Source: Eledone cirrhosa
Taxonomy: Eukaryota
DNA length: 64,000 nt
Assembly (NCBI GenBank): GCA_964016885.1
Contig: OZ024741.1
Span: 1,922,001-1,986,000 of the forward strand
Reading direction: 5' to 3'
In this document: positions 1 through 13,807 of the stretch, piece by piece
How the letters are laid out: every line of letters starts with the position of its first letter
Numbering within the stretch: position 1 is the stretch's first letter
The notes under the pieces: model-generated
What the model saw: the letters and a program-made list of their open reading frames with translations, nothing else
Databases searched by the model: none
Told to the model about the DNA's origin: nothing
Translations under genes and position numbers: made by a program

Positions 1-92
1 TGCCTTTCATCCTTACGAGGTCGATTAAATTGACTTGCCCCTTCCCTCAAAATTGTTGGCCATGTCCCTAAATCAGTAACAATTATTATTAT
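1..92 (+). mobile_element. 3' part of tRNA-derived SINE (Octopus-type)
   Basis: Core GCCTTTCATCCTTACGAGGTCGAT and (ATT)n tail are shared with the other SINE copies in the window. Confidence 0.75.
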
Positions 93-107
93 TATTTGGG
101 TGAATAT

Positions 108-327
108 GGCGGTGGATTGGCAGTATCGGTAGAGTCGGACACCATGCTTTGCAGCATAGAGTTACGGTCCTTTTACAGTCTGAGATCAAATCCCGCTGAG
201 GTTAACTTTGCCTTTCATCCTTACGAGGTCGATAAAATAAAGTACCAGTCACGTACTGGGGTCGATTTAATCGACTTTCCCCTCCCCCAAATTACTGGCC
301 GTGTGCTAGAAACCATTATTATGCTAT
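108..327 (+). mobile_element. tRNA-derived SINE, near full length
   Basis: A-box-like TGGCAGTATCGG, B-box-like GAGATCAAATCC, core GCCTTTCATCC..GGTCGATAAAATAAAGTACCAGT, (ATT)n tail; about 10 related copies in window. Confidence 0.85.
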
Positions 328-677
328 AAACCATTATTATTTTGGTGAATGTTGCAATAATCGCTCGTTTGAATGGGCCTACTCTGAGCATGCGCCTGTA
401 GGCTGGCTGATTTCGAGAGTAGAGGATCCCCGTCCTATGGTGCTCTTCGAGCGTCGGGTGGTTTAGGATTTATGATATTCCTAAGTCACCCCTGGGTGGT
501 CCTCGCCCCTGTTGGGGAAGTTTCATTGTTGTAATTCTTTTGTTATTTGTTAATTCTTTTTCTATTTGATTTGAATGTAGCCCCCCCACTGTCACTGTCC
601 CTTTTTGTCCCCTTTTTGTTGGTCCCTCTGGCAAATAAAAAGAAATAATAATTATTATTAACATTGTTCATGTTAGG

Positions 678-920
678 TTGGTGGACTGGCAAAATCGTTA
701 GAGCGTCGGAGAAAATGTCTGGCGGTATTTAGTTATGTTTCTTTATGTTCTGTTTTAAAACCTCGACTTGGTGAACTTTGGCTTTCATTCTTCTAGGGTC
801 GATAGAATAAAGTAACAGTCAAGTACTGGGTGTCAATTTGATCAATCACCCCCCACCCCCCATCCCCACCCCACACACAAAAAAAAATGTTGCTAGCCTT
901 ATTATGAATTAGAAGCAATT
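678..920 (+). mobile_element. SINE, diverged copy
   Basis: Same head, core and tail motifs as 108-327. Confidence 0.7.
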
Positions 921-1336
921 ATTGTTGTAGTTTGCAGTTAAGATTTGTTCCGGGTGTCGGGTCGGGGAATACTATGGATAATTTCCAGAAATCCTTGGCC
1001 GGGCAGTGCTACTGGGGAGCCCTGCCAGTTGGGGATAAGCTTTACAAGCAGGTAATGGCAGCCAGACTGACGTGTCCAAGATTTACACAGTCACATGAAA
1101 CCGTCCTACATGTACTTATTTAGTGTACAGACAGCACTGACACGTGGAGTTATGTTGAACAGCTGCTGAAAAGTACTGAAGTCGATGTAGTCAACTAAAT
1201 AAAGCAGGTACCAAACATGTCCGCAGTCTAAGTGACTGGAACCAGTAAAAGAATAGAAGAAGAATCTCCGGTATATTTATATATCAGAGCATAATTTATT
1301 TCATTACGACTGATTTGTCCATTTTAAATTTACTAT

Positions 1337-1495
1337 GGCGGCGAATTGGCAGAGTCGTTAGAACGTGCGGTAGAATGCTTTGCAGTATTCATTTTGGCTC
1401 TTTGCTCTCTGAATTCAAATCCCGCCGATGTCAACTTTGCCTTTAATCTTTTCGAGGTGGATAAAAAAAAGTACCAGTCTAGTATTGGGGTCGAT
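1337..1495 (+). mobile_element. SINE, 3'-truncated
   Basis: GGCGGCGAATTGGCAGAGTCG head, TTCAAATCCCGCCGA B-box, core. Confidence 0.75.
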
Positions 1496-1877
1496 TCCTC
1501 CTTTATATCTCTTTCTCACTTCATTTCTCTCATTTTATTTACTTCTCTGGAAGAAGTCTGCGGTGATCAGGCCTTGAGAGGATTGGGCTCCGCCAGGTTT
1601 AAACATGCCCAAGAAATTCCCCCAAAATCCACCAGGCGTTAAGAGACCACGCCATGCCACACTTATCATGTTAATGTTTGAAATTTATTTTTACAAAAAT
1701 CTCAAAATTTCAAATTGAAATATAATGAATTATCATTACATCAATCACATTTATATTAATTCAACATGGCGGGTTTAAACCTGACTTATAAATGAATTCA
1801 ACTACTATGAAAGGTAACATTTCTTGCATGATTATTGTCTTAGGTATATAATCCCGACGTAGATTTCATCTTCACAA

Positions 1878-2003
1878 TATATTAATCTAACTTTAGGTAG
1901 GTCAAACAGCCATACATCTGTTCTGTAATATAATCTATATTAATCTAACTTTAGGTAGGTCCAACAGCCATACATCTGTTCTGTAATATAATCTATATTA
2001 ATT
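1878..2003. repeat. 58-bp tandem duplication
   Basis: TATATTAATCTAACTTTAGGTAGGTC.. at 1878 and 1936. Confidence 0.85.
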
Positions 2004-2110
2004 CCACAAATTCAAGATATTCTTAATACAAATTTTATTTTATTATCTTTTAATTTTCATTCTATATTTTTAATTTATCTAAACTTTCAATATTCCAATG
2101 TAACACATTA

Positions 2111-2312
2111 TATGACGGTCGGCTGAAAAGTTCATATACTGACCAAGATACTCTCATGGAATGACCAAATGGGGTTTATTTTTCAACATAATCCCTGGAA
2201 AGAAACAATGCAGTTATTCATAAGAATAGCTGAAATCAATGCATATAACATTGCAGAGCTCTAGCATCATTCTTTCATAGTCAGCCTATGAACTTTTCAG
2301 TCGACCCTCGTA
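2111..2312. mobile_element. Tc1/mariner-type MITE (internally deleted)
   Basis: About 30-bp terminal inverted repeats TATGACGGTCGGCTGAAAAGTTCATATACTGA / TCAGCCTATGAACTTTTCAGTCGACCCTCGTA with TA at both ends. Confidence 0.8.
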
Positions 2313-2610
2313 TATCATCCTTCATAAAATCGTTCAGCCACCAATCACTAATTCTCTGCAATTATCAGGTGGGAGCCAACATTACTGGTTCTATATGTGG
2401 AAAGTTGCTGATGTTCCGGAGAAAGAACATTCAACTGGTTGGCATAAAGTCAGCAATACACCCCAAACTCTGGGCCTTCAACCTATTGTATTCCTCCTAT
2501 TGTTGCCTTCCTATACTACAGTGGTCTCTGATCCCCAGATCTGGCTGATCTCATGCCAACTCCACTCAAATACTTGCATAAACTTTACGTTCCCTCTCTT
2601 GTCACCTCTG

Positions 2611-3153
2611 ATATGTCCCAAGTCTCACACAAACCCTTACGTCTAGTCACAGAGCGATGTGTCCCAAGTCTCACACAAACCCTTACGTCTAGTCACAGAG
2701 CGATGTGTCCCAAGTCTCACACAAACCCTTACGTCTAGTCACAGAGCGATGTGTCCCAAGTCTCACACAAACCCTTACGTCTAGTCACAGAGCGATGTGT
2801 CCCAAGTCTTACACAAACCCTTACGTCTAGTCACAGAGCGATGTGTCCCAAGTCTCACACAAACCCTTACGTCTAGTCACAGAGCGATGTGTCCCAAGTC
2901 TTACACAAACCCTTACGTCTAGTCACAGAGCGATGTGTCCCAAGTCTCACACAAACCCTTACGTCTAGTCACAGAGCGATGTGTCCCAAGTCTCACACAA
3001 ACCCCTACGTCTAGTCACAGAGCGATGTGTCCCAAGTCTCACACAAACCCCTACGTCTAGTCACAGAACGATATGTCCCAGGTCTCACACAAACCCCTAC
3101 GTCTAGTCACAGAGCGATGTGTCCCAGTTCTCACACAAACCCCTACGTCTAGT
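2611..3153. repeat. 46-bp minisatellite, about 12 copies
   Basis: Unit GTCTAGTCACAGAGCGATGTGTCCCAAGTCTCACACAAACCCTTAC. Confidence 0.95.
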
Positions 3154-3204
3154 CGTTGAGCGCCATCTTAGAAATTACAATTATCAATTCATTTTTGTCT
3201 AATT

Positions 3205-6200
3205 TTGTTTGGTTGATTTGACTGTGTGTATACTAGTTTGGTTGGTTTGACTGTGTGTATACTAGTTTGGTTGGTTTGACTGTGTGTATACTAGTTTGGT
3301 TGGTTTGACTGTGAGTATACTAGCTTTGGTTGATTTGACTGTGTGTATACTAGTTTGGTTGGTTTGACTATGTGTATACTAGTTTGGTTGGTTTGACTAT
3401 GAGTATACTAGCTTTGGTTGATTTGACTGTGTATACTAGTTTGGTTGGTTTGACTATGTGTATACTAGTTTGGTTGGTTTGACTGTGTGTATACTAGGTT
3501 TGGTTGGTTTGATGTGTGTATACTAGTTTGGTTGGTTTGACTGTGTGTATACTAGTTTGGGTGGTTTGACTGTGTGTATACCAGTTTGGTTTATTTGACT
3601 GTGTGTAGACTAGTTTGGTTGGTTTGACTGTGTGTATACTAGTTTGGTTGGTTTGACTGTGTGTATACTAGGTTTGGTTGGTTTGACTGTGTGTATACTA
3701 GTTTAGTTGGTTTGACTGTGTGTATACTAGGTTTGGTTGGTTTGACTGTGTGTATACTAGTTTGGTTGGTTTGACTGTGTGTATACTAGTTTGGTTGGTT
3801 TGACTGTGTGTATACTAGTTTGGTTGGTTTGACTATGTGTATACTAGTTTGGTTGGTTTGACTGTGTGTATACTAGGTTTGGTTGGTTTGATGTGTGTAT
3901 ACTAGTTTGGTTGGTTTGACTGTGTGTATACTAGTTTGGTTGATTTGACTGTGTGTATACTAGATTGGTTGGTTTTACTGTGAGTATACTAGTTTGGTTG
4001 GTTTGACTGTGTGTATACTTGGTTGGTTGGTTCGACTGTGTGTATACTAGTTTGGTTGGTTTGACTGTGTGTATACTAGTTTGGTTGGTTTGACTTTGTG
4101 TATACTAGTTTGGTTGATTTGACTGTGTGTATACTAGTTTGGTTGGTTTGACTGTGTGTATACTAGTTTCGTTGGTTTGACTGTGTGTATACTAGTTTGG
4201 TTGGTTTGACTGTGTGTATACTAGCTTGGTTGATTTGACTGTGTGTATACTAGGTTTGGTTGGTTTGACTGTGTGTATACTAGGTTGGTTGGTTTGACTG
4301 TGTATACTAGTCTGGTTGGTTTGACTGTGTGTATACTAGTTTGGTTGATTTGACTGTGTGCATACTAGTTTGGTTGGTTTGACTGTGTGTATACTAGTTT
4401 CGTTGATTTGACTGTGTGTATACTAGTTTCGTTGGTTTGACTGTGTGTATACTAGTTTCGTTGATTTGATTGTGTGTATACTAGTTTGGTTGGTTTAACT
4501 GTGTGTATACTAGGTTTGGTTGGTTTGACTGTGTGTATACTAGTTTGGTTGGTTTGACTGTGTGTATACTAGTTTTGGTTGGTTTGACTGTGTGTATACT
4601 AGTTTCTTTGATTTGACTGTGTGTATACTAGTTTGGTTGATTTGACTGTGTGTTTACTAGTTTCGTTGATTTGACTGTGTGTATACTATTTTGGTTGAAT
4701 TAACTGTGTGTATACTAGGTTTGGTTGGTTTGACTGTGTGTATACTAGTTTGGTTGGTTTGACTGTGTGTATACTAGTTTGGTTGGTTTGACTGTGTGTA
4801 TACTAGGTTTGGTTGGTTTGACTGTGTGTATACTAGTTTGGTTGGTTTGACTGTGTGTATACTAGTTTGGTTGGTTTGACTGTCTGTATACTAGGTTTGG
4901 TTGGTTTGACTGTGTGTATACTAGTTTGGTTGGTTTGACTGTGTGTATACTAGTTTGGTTGGTTTGACTGTGTGTATACTAGCTTGGTTGATTTGACTGT
5001 GTGTATACTAGGTTTGGTTGGTTTGACTGTGTGTATACTAGTTTGGTTGGTTTGACTGTGTGTATACTAGTTTGGTTGGTTTGACTGTGTGTATACTAGT
5101 TTGGTTGATTTGACTGTGTGTTTACTAGTTTCGTTGATTTGACTGTGTGTATACTATTTTGGTTGAATTAACTGTGTGTATACTAGGTTTGGTTGGTTTG
5201 ACTGTGTGTATACTAGTTTGGTTGGTTTGACTGTGTGTATACTAGTTTGGTTGGTTTGACTGTGTGTATACTAGGTTTGGTTGGTTTGACTGTGTGTATA
5301 CTAGTTTGGTTGGTTTGACTGTGTGTATACTAGTTTGGTTGGTTTGACTGTGTGTATACTAGTTTGGTTGATTTGACTGTGTGTTTACTAGTTTCGTTGA
5401 TTTGACTGTGTGTATACTATTTTGGTTGAATTAACTGTGTGTATACTAGTTTGGTTGGTTTGACTGTGTGTATACTAGCTTGGTTGATTTGACTGTGTGT
5501 ATACTAGGTTTGGTTGGTTTGACTGTGTGTATACTAGGTTGGTTGGTTTGACTGTGTATACTAGTCTGGTTGGTTTGACTGTGTGTATACTAGTTTGGTT
5601 GATTTGACTGTGTGCATACTAGTTTGGTTGGTTTGACTGTGTGTATACTAGTTTCGTTGATTTGACTGTGTGTATACTAGTTTCGTTGGTTTGACTGTGT
5701 GTATACTAGTTTCGTTGATTTGATTGTGTGTATACTAGTTTGGTTGGTTTAACTGTGTGTATACTAGGTTTGGTTGGTTTGACTGTGTGTATACTAGTTT
5801 GGTTGGTTTGACTGTGTGTATACTAGTTTTGGTTGGTTTGACTGTGTGTATACTAGTTTCTTTGATTTGACTGTGTGTATACTAGTTTGGTTGATTTGAC
5901 TGTGTGTTTACTAGTTTCGTTGATTTGACTGTGTGTATACTATTTTGGTTGAATTAACTGTGTGTATACTAGGTTTGGTTGGTTTGACTGTGTGTATACT
6001 AGTTTGGTTGGTTTGACTGTGTGTATACTAGTTTGGTTGGTTTGACTGTGTGTATACTAGGTTTGGTTGGTTTGACTGTGTGTATACTAGTTTGGTTGGT
6101 TTGACTGTGTGTATACTAGTTTGGTTGGTTTGACTGTCTGTATACTAGGTTTGGTTGGTTTGACTGTGTGTATACTAGTTTGGTTGGTTTGACTGTGTGT

Positions 6201-7200
6201 ATACTAGTTTGGTTGGTTTGACTGTGTGTATACTAGCTTGGTTGATTTGACTGTGTGTATACTAGGTTTGGTTGGTTTGACTGTGTGTATACTAGTTTGG
6301 TTGGTTTGACTGTGTGTATACTAGTTTGGTTGGTTTGACTGTGTGTATACTAGTTTGGTTGATTTGACTGTGTGTTTACTAGTTTCGTTGATTTGACTGT
6401 GTGTATACTATTTTGGTTGAATTAACTGTGTGTATACTAGGTTTGGTTGGTTTGACTGTGTGTATACTAGTTTGGTTGGTTTGACTGTGTGTATACTAGT
6501 TTGGTTGGTTTGACTGTGTGTATACTAGGTTTGGTTGGTTTGACTGTGTGTATACTAGTTTGGTTGGTTTGACTGTGTGTATACTAGTTTGGTTGGTTTG
6601 ACTGTGTGTATACTAGGTTTGGTTGGTTTGACTGTGTGTATACTAGTTTCTTTGATTTGACTGTGTGTATACTAGTTTGGTTGATTTGACTGTGTGTTTA
6701 CTAGTTTCGTTGATTTGACTGTGTGTATACTATTTTGGTTGAATTAACTGTGTGTATACTAGGTTTGGTTGGTTTGACTGTGTGTATACTAGTTTGGTTG
6801 GTTTGACTGTGTGTATACTAGTTTGGTTGGTTTGACTGTGTGTATACTAGGTTTGGTTGGTTTGACTGTGTGTATACTAGTTTGGTTGGTTTGACTGTGT
6901 GTATACTAGTTTGGTTGGTTTGACTGTGTGTATACTAGGTTTGGTTGGTTTGACTGTGTGTATACTAGTTTGGTTGGTTTGACTGTGTGTATACTAGTTT
7001 GGTTGGTTTGACTGTGTGTATACTAGCTTGGTTGATTTGACTGTGTGTATACTAGGTTTGGTTGGTTTGACTGTGTGTATACTAGTTTGGTTGGTTTGAC
7101 TGTGTGTATACTAGTTTGGTTGGTTTGACTGTGTGTATACTAGTTTGGTTGGTTTGACTGTGTGTATACTAGGTTTGGTTGGTTTGACTGTGTGTATATT
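3205..7200. repeat. 29-bp satellite array (~4 kb) with higher-order structure
   Basis: Unit CTAGTTTGGTTGGTTTGACTGTGTGTATA; variant monomers recur 1254 bp apart. Confidence 0.97.
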
Positions 7201-7254
7201 TGTTTGGCTATTTTTCTGTTCCCCTTCATGTTTCGTATGGAGTCGAAGTAAAAT

Positions 7255-7570
7255 TAAGAGCGAGTCAGAGCGAGAGAGGAGAAGAAAAGAGGAGAGTCTC
7301 GGAAAAAAGAGAGAGTCTCAGAGAAAAAAGAGAGTCTCGGAGAAAAGAGAGGGTCTCGGAGAAAAGAGAGAGTCTCAGAGAAAAGAGAGAGTCTCGGAGA
7401 AAAGAGAGAGTTTCGGAGAAAAGAGAGAGTCTCAGAGAAAAGAGAGTCTCGGAGAAAATAGATGGTCTCGGAGAAAAGAGGAAAGTCTGGAAGAAAAAAG
7501 AGAGTCTCGGAGAAAAGAGGAGAGTCTCGGAGAAAAGAGAAAGTCTCTGAGAAAACAGAGAGAAAGGTGA
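7255..7570. repeat. GA-rich ~21-bp tandem repeat
   Basis: Unit approximately GAGAGTCTCGGAGAAAAGAGA. Confidence 0.85.
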
Positions 7571-8379
7571 GAGTGAAGAGAGTTGGTTGGCGAAGAGAGA
7601 AATATATTTTAAAAGGAACTCGAGTGTTTATTTGACCTGAAGTAATACAACGAAAACATTATAAGTAGTTGGATGAGAGGCGCAGGGCGTCTGAAACAAC
7701 CAATCTATCCATAAAGGAAGCATTTAACTTTAAAAACAAAGAGAAAAATATTTAGAAAAAATAACAAAATCAATGAATAATACTTTGCACATTTACTGGT
7801 TTTAGCCAGTGGTTTCTGGCCATGTCGGAGCACAGCCATCATTTTCTCACGATGGTGATTTGTAACCACTAGACTCGGACGCAAACACCATAGGGGCTCC
7901 TGGAACATATCCATGAAACGACACGTGTACGAGCTAAATAGAACTGCAAAGTAGAAAGGTGATTAGAACCTAAGATAAATTACCTTGCGGTATTTGTTCG
8001 GAATTTCTGCACCTTAATTTCAAATGAACCTCAGGTCAATATTACTTTCATTCTTTCGAGGTCGAGAAATGCAATATTCTAGTGTATTGATGGGTCTATT
8101 AGATAATGGAACGTTTGTAGTATGTGTTCCGAATCCTTACTCTATTAGTTCAAATCATCTGTAGCCAGTGACAGATTTATATATTGATGTGTCTGGGGCA
8201 ATGGCAATAAAATAGAAATGCTTTTCATTTAAATTTCAGAACGAGAGGTTAATTTTTAAAATATAATTTAAATGCAAATATCGAAAATTACCATTGATCC
8301 ATGGGTTCGAATATTGGTTTAGTCAAATGGGTCATTCTACAGCTATGAATACCGGAACTCGTCTTCTCAAGAAAGCCAG

Positions 8380-8900
8380 TGAAATGTATTCTACATGTGT
8401 GTGTGGAGTTACACTAAAGCAAGTGGAGAAGTTCAAATATCTTGGGACCTTTTCACGAGTGTGGAAGACAGGAGGCTGAATTAAATGCAAGAATTGTTGA
8501 AGCTGGTGTAGTAATGTGCTAGCGTCAACATTCGGTCATCAGAAGCGATGTAGGTGTAAAAGCCAGATTTACTATTTTGAATTTGATGTTTGTACCGACC
8601 TTTATCTACAGTGATGAACCTTTAGTAATAACCGAAAGAAAACAATCGTGAATATAAGCGGCCAAAGATGCAGTTCCTTCGAAGACTCTTTGAAGTAACG
8701 TTACTTGAAAAGCTGTGTCGCTCAGAGATCAGAACGCGCTTCATGTATGGTCGCTACTTTTCCGAATAATACAGCTCCGGTACTAGGGACAGCAAAGAAC
8801 CTCTGGACAGATTTTACGGGCAAAGTTAACGGACATAAGACCCAGAAGTAGAACACGAGCAAAACTGTTGGATAATATCCAGGAGATCGGTAGGACCACC
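8380..8900 (+). mobile_element. Decayed 3' end of an RTE-like LINE (RT C-terminus)
   Basis: Encodes LKQVEKFKYLG (thumb-region FxYLG motif) followed by a VPT.IY..E-like segment, with stops and frameshifts. Confidence 0.65.
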
Positions 8901-9309
8901 TTGAATGTATCTGAAGACTCTGCTCTCACAACCCCCTCCCCCGGGATTAAGAAAGGGAAGAAGAAATAAAGAATGGTTTTGCTAGTGTTTTCAAAACATC
9001 TCTATATACCAGATTAAAATGTAGTGTATTAGGGTGGTAGATTGTTGAGATCATTAATGTCCATCAAAATGCAAACTTAAACACATTTGCCATCTAGTTC
9101 GGAAATCTAATATAATTTTTCAGGTATTTAAAATGCCATCATTCAAATCTATAACATTATATGCATGACATGTATGGTCCCGTAGCTTGTGATGTAGTCG
9201 TAGGGGTGTCGTAGTGTCATACGACATTTCTAGGGTACTTTCAACATGGCGGAGCTCATCCTTCTCCAGGTCTGAATGAAAGTAAGTGAGAAAGAGATAT
9301 TGAGATAGA

Positions 9310-9472
9310 ATCAACCTGATTACTAGACTGATACTTTATTTATCGACCTCCAATGGATGAAAGGCAAAGTTGGCACCTCCGTGAGATTTGAACTCAGAGA
9401 GCAGAAGAGAGACGGAACGAATACTACAAACCATTCTATCCGACGTTCTAACGACTCTGCCAATTCACCGCC
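9310..9472 (-). mobile_element. SINE
   Basis: Reverse complement of SINE head, B-box and core. Confidence 0.75.
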
Positions 9473-9779
9473 TATATAACAATATATATCACCTCATATA
9501 CAGAGAGACGTTGTAATATAATTTATACGCCTAAATGAACGCTAGGTCAAGATTTGAACCTATTTGTCAACCTTAAAATTCTTAACATTCGAAACTGATC
9601 AGCTCAGAATATAAAAAACTAAACATCAACTCTATTGTATTTTAAAGAAAAGTTAATCTTGTGGCCTTACCTACATTAAGGAGCTAAAGCTACATAAAGA
9701 ACAAACAACATTAAAACATTACTCGGAGATTAGATATCTCTATAACGGTTTCTGATGAACCTAAAGGTATATTATAGAC

Positions 9780-9970
9780 GTAGGTGAATTGGCAGTATGG
9801 GTAGAGGGTCTGACGGCATGCTTTCTAGCATAGTTACGTCCCTTTACGGTCTGAGTTCAAATCCCACCGAGGTTAACTTTGCCTTTCATCCTTATGGGGT
9901 CGATAAAATAAAGTGCCAGTAATGTACTGGATAATTGCTGGCCTTGTGCCAAAAGTAGAAACAATTATTA
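9780..9970 (+). mobile_element. SINE
   Basis: GAGTTCAAATCCC B-box, core and tail; shares an internal deletion (GTACTGG|ATAATTGCTGG) with the 20349 copy. Confidence 0.85.
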
Positions 9971-10221
9971 CCTCTAGAACTCCACTAACAGTGAAATGCC
10001 CATCGATGGATATTACTACAGGGTGTCACAATGTGACACCGTGTAATTCATTTCATGATATTTTATTTAATTAATTTTATTTAATTTTATTCATTTATCA
10101 TATTTTATGGTCATTTTATTTCATCATTGTTATTCCTAAGTAATTTTTAGCAATTTCTATAATCTATTTATACAGACAATAACAGCCGAATTGATTTTTC
10201 ATCTATTCTGGGTATTTTCAA

Positions 10222-12170
10222 GTTTCACATTTTACCTTCATTGGTCTATGTGTAGAAATTTCACATGTTACCTTCATTGGTCTAGGTGTAAAAATTTCAC
10301 ATGTTACCTTCATTGGTCTAGGTGTAAAGATTTCACATTTTAACTTCATTGGTCTAGGTGTAAAGATTTCACATGTTACCTTCATTGGTCTAGGTGTAAA
10401 TATTTCACATTTTACCTTCGTTGGTCTAGGTGTAAATATTTCACATTTTACCTTCATTGATCTATGTGTAAAGATTTCACATTTTACCTTCATTGGCCTA
10501 TGTGTAAAAATTTCACATTTTACCGTCATTCGTCTAGGTGTAAAGATTTCACATTTTACCGTCATTGGTCTATGTGTAAAGATTTCACATTTTACCTTCA
10601 TTGGTCTAGGTGTAAATATTTCACATTTTACCGTCATTGGTCTAGGTGTAAAGATTTCACATTTTACCGTCATTGGTCTAGGTGTAAAGATTTCACATTT
10701 TACCTTCATTGGTCTATGTGTAAAGATTTCACATTTTACCTTCATTGGTCTATGTGTAAAGATTTCACATTTTACCTTCATTGGTCTATGTGTAGAGATT
10801 TCACATTTTACCGTCATTGGTCTATGTGTAAAGATTTCACATTTTACCTTCATTGGTCTAGGTGTAAATATTTCACATTTTACCGTCATTGGTCTAGGTG
10901 TAAATATTTCACATTTTACCTTCATTGGTCTATGTGTAAATATTTCACATTTTACCGTCATTGGTCTAGTTGTAAAGATTTCACATTTTACCTTCATTGG
11001 TCTAGGTGTAAAGATTTCACATTTTACCTTCCTTGGTCTAGGTGTAAATATTTCACATTTTACCGTCATTGATCTATGAGTAAAGATTTCACATTTTACC
11101 GACATTGGTCTAGGTGTAAATATTTCACATTTTACCGTCATTGGTCTAGGTGTAAGTATTTCACATTTTACCGTCATTGGTCTAGGTGTAAATATTTCAC
11201 ATTTTACCTTCATTGGTCTATGTGTAAAGATTTCACATTTTACCTTCCTTGGTCTAGGTGTAAATATTTCACATTTTACCTTCCTTGGTCTAGGTGTAAA
11301 TATTTCACATTTTACCGTCATTGGTCTAGTTGTAAATATTTCACATTTTACCGTCATTGGTCTAGGTGTAAATATTTCACATTTTATCTTCATTGGTCTA
11401 TGTGTAAATATTTCACATTTTACCTTCATTGGTCTATGTGTAAATATTTCACATTTTACCTTCATTGGTCTAGGTGTAAATATTTCAGATTTTACCGTCA
11501 TTGGTCTAGGTGTAAATATTTCACATTTTACCTTCATTGGTCTATGTGTAAATATTTCACATTTTACCTTCCTTGGTCTAGGTGTGAATATTTCACATTT
11601 TACCGTCATTGGTCTAGTTGTAAATATTTCACATTTTACCGTCATTGGTCTAGGTGTAAATATTTCACATTTTATCTTCATTGGTCTATGTGTAAATATT
11701 TCACATTTTACCTTCATTGGTCTATGTGTAAATATTTCACATTTTACCTTCATTGGTCTAGGTGTAAATATTTCAGATTTTACCGTCATTGGTCTAGGTG
11801 TAAAGATTTCACATTTTACCTTCATTGGTCTATATGTAAAGATTTCACATTTTACCTTCATTCGTCTAGGTGTAAATATTTCACATTTTACCTTCATTGG
11901 TCTAGGTGTAAATATTTCACATTTTACCTTCATTGGTCTAGGTGTAGAGATTTCACATTTTACCTTCATTGGTCTAGGTGTAAATATTTCACATTTTACC
12001 TTCATTGGTCTATGTGTAAAGATTTCATATTTTACCGTCATTGGTCTATGTGTAGAGATTTCACATTCTACCGTCATTGGTCTATGTGTAGAGATTTCAC
12101 ATTTTACCTTCCTTGGTCTAGGTGTAAATATTTCACATTTTACCGTCATTGGTCTATGTGTAGAGATTTG
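10222..12170. repeat. 36-bp minisatellite, about 54 copies
   Basis: Unit TTTCACATTTTACCTTCATTGGTCTAGGTGTAAAGA; the unit length is a multiple of 3, which produces long repeat ORFs. Confidence 0.95.
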
Positions 12171-12223
12171 GTCTATGTTTAAATATGTTTCTCTTACGAT
12201 TATTCCTCGCTGTCTCGTCAACT

Positions 12224-13723
<1,500 letters not shown>

Positions 13724-13807
13724 ATAGACAAATTAATGTAAGCAAAAATTCGACAATAATTTAGACGTATAAGTGACTATTACATCAAGATGAAATATAT
13801 ATATATA

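Noticed and set aside
108-200. tRNA gene
   Set aside because: A/B boxes belong to SINE heads; no cloverleaf or Pol III terminator
3150-3170. Minus-strand TGGCGCTCAACG resembling a tRNA-Lys primer-binding site or YY1 motif
   Set aside because: Short match with no LTR or gag/pol nearby
2611-7200. Short tandem repeats as CRISPR arrays
   Set aside because: No unique spacers, no cas genes, eukaryotic context
7133-7570. E/K/R-rich ORFs
   Set aside because: Product of a GA-rich tandem repeat
9745-9795. CTGATGA accta..taggt GAAT as a hammerhead
   Set aside because: GAAT instead of GAAA, no stem I or III; the 3' half is the SINE head
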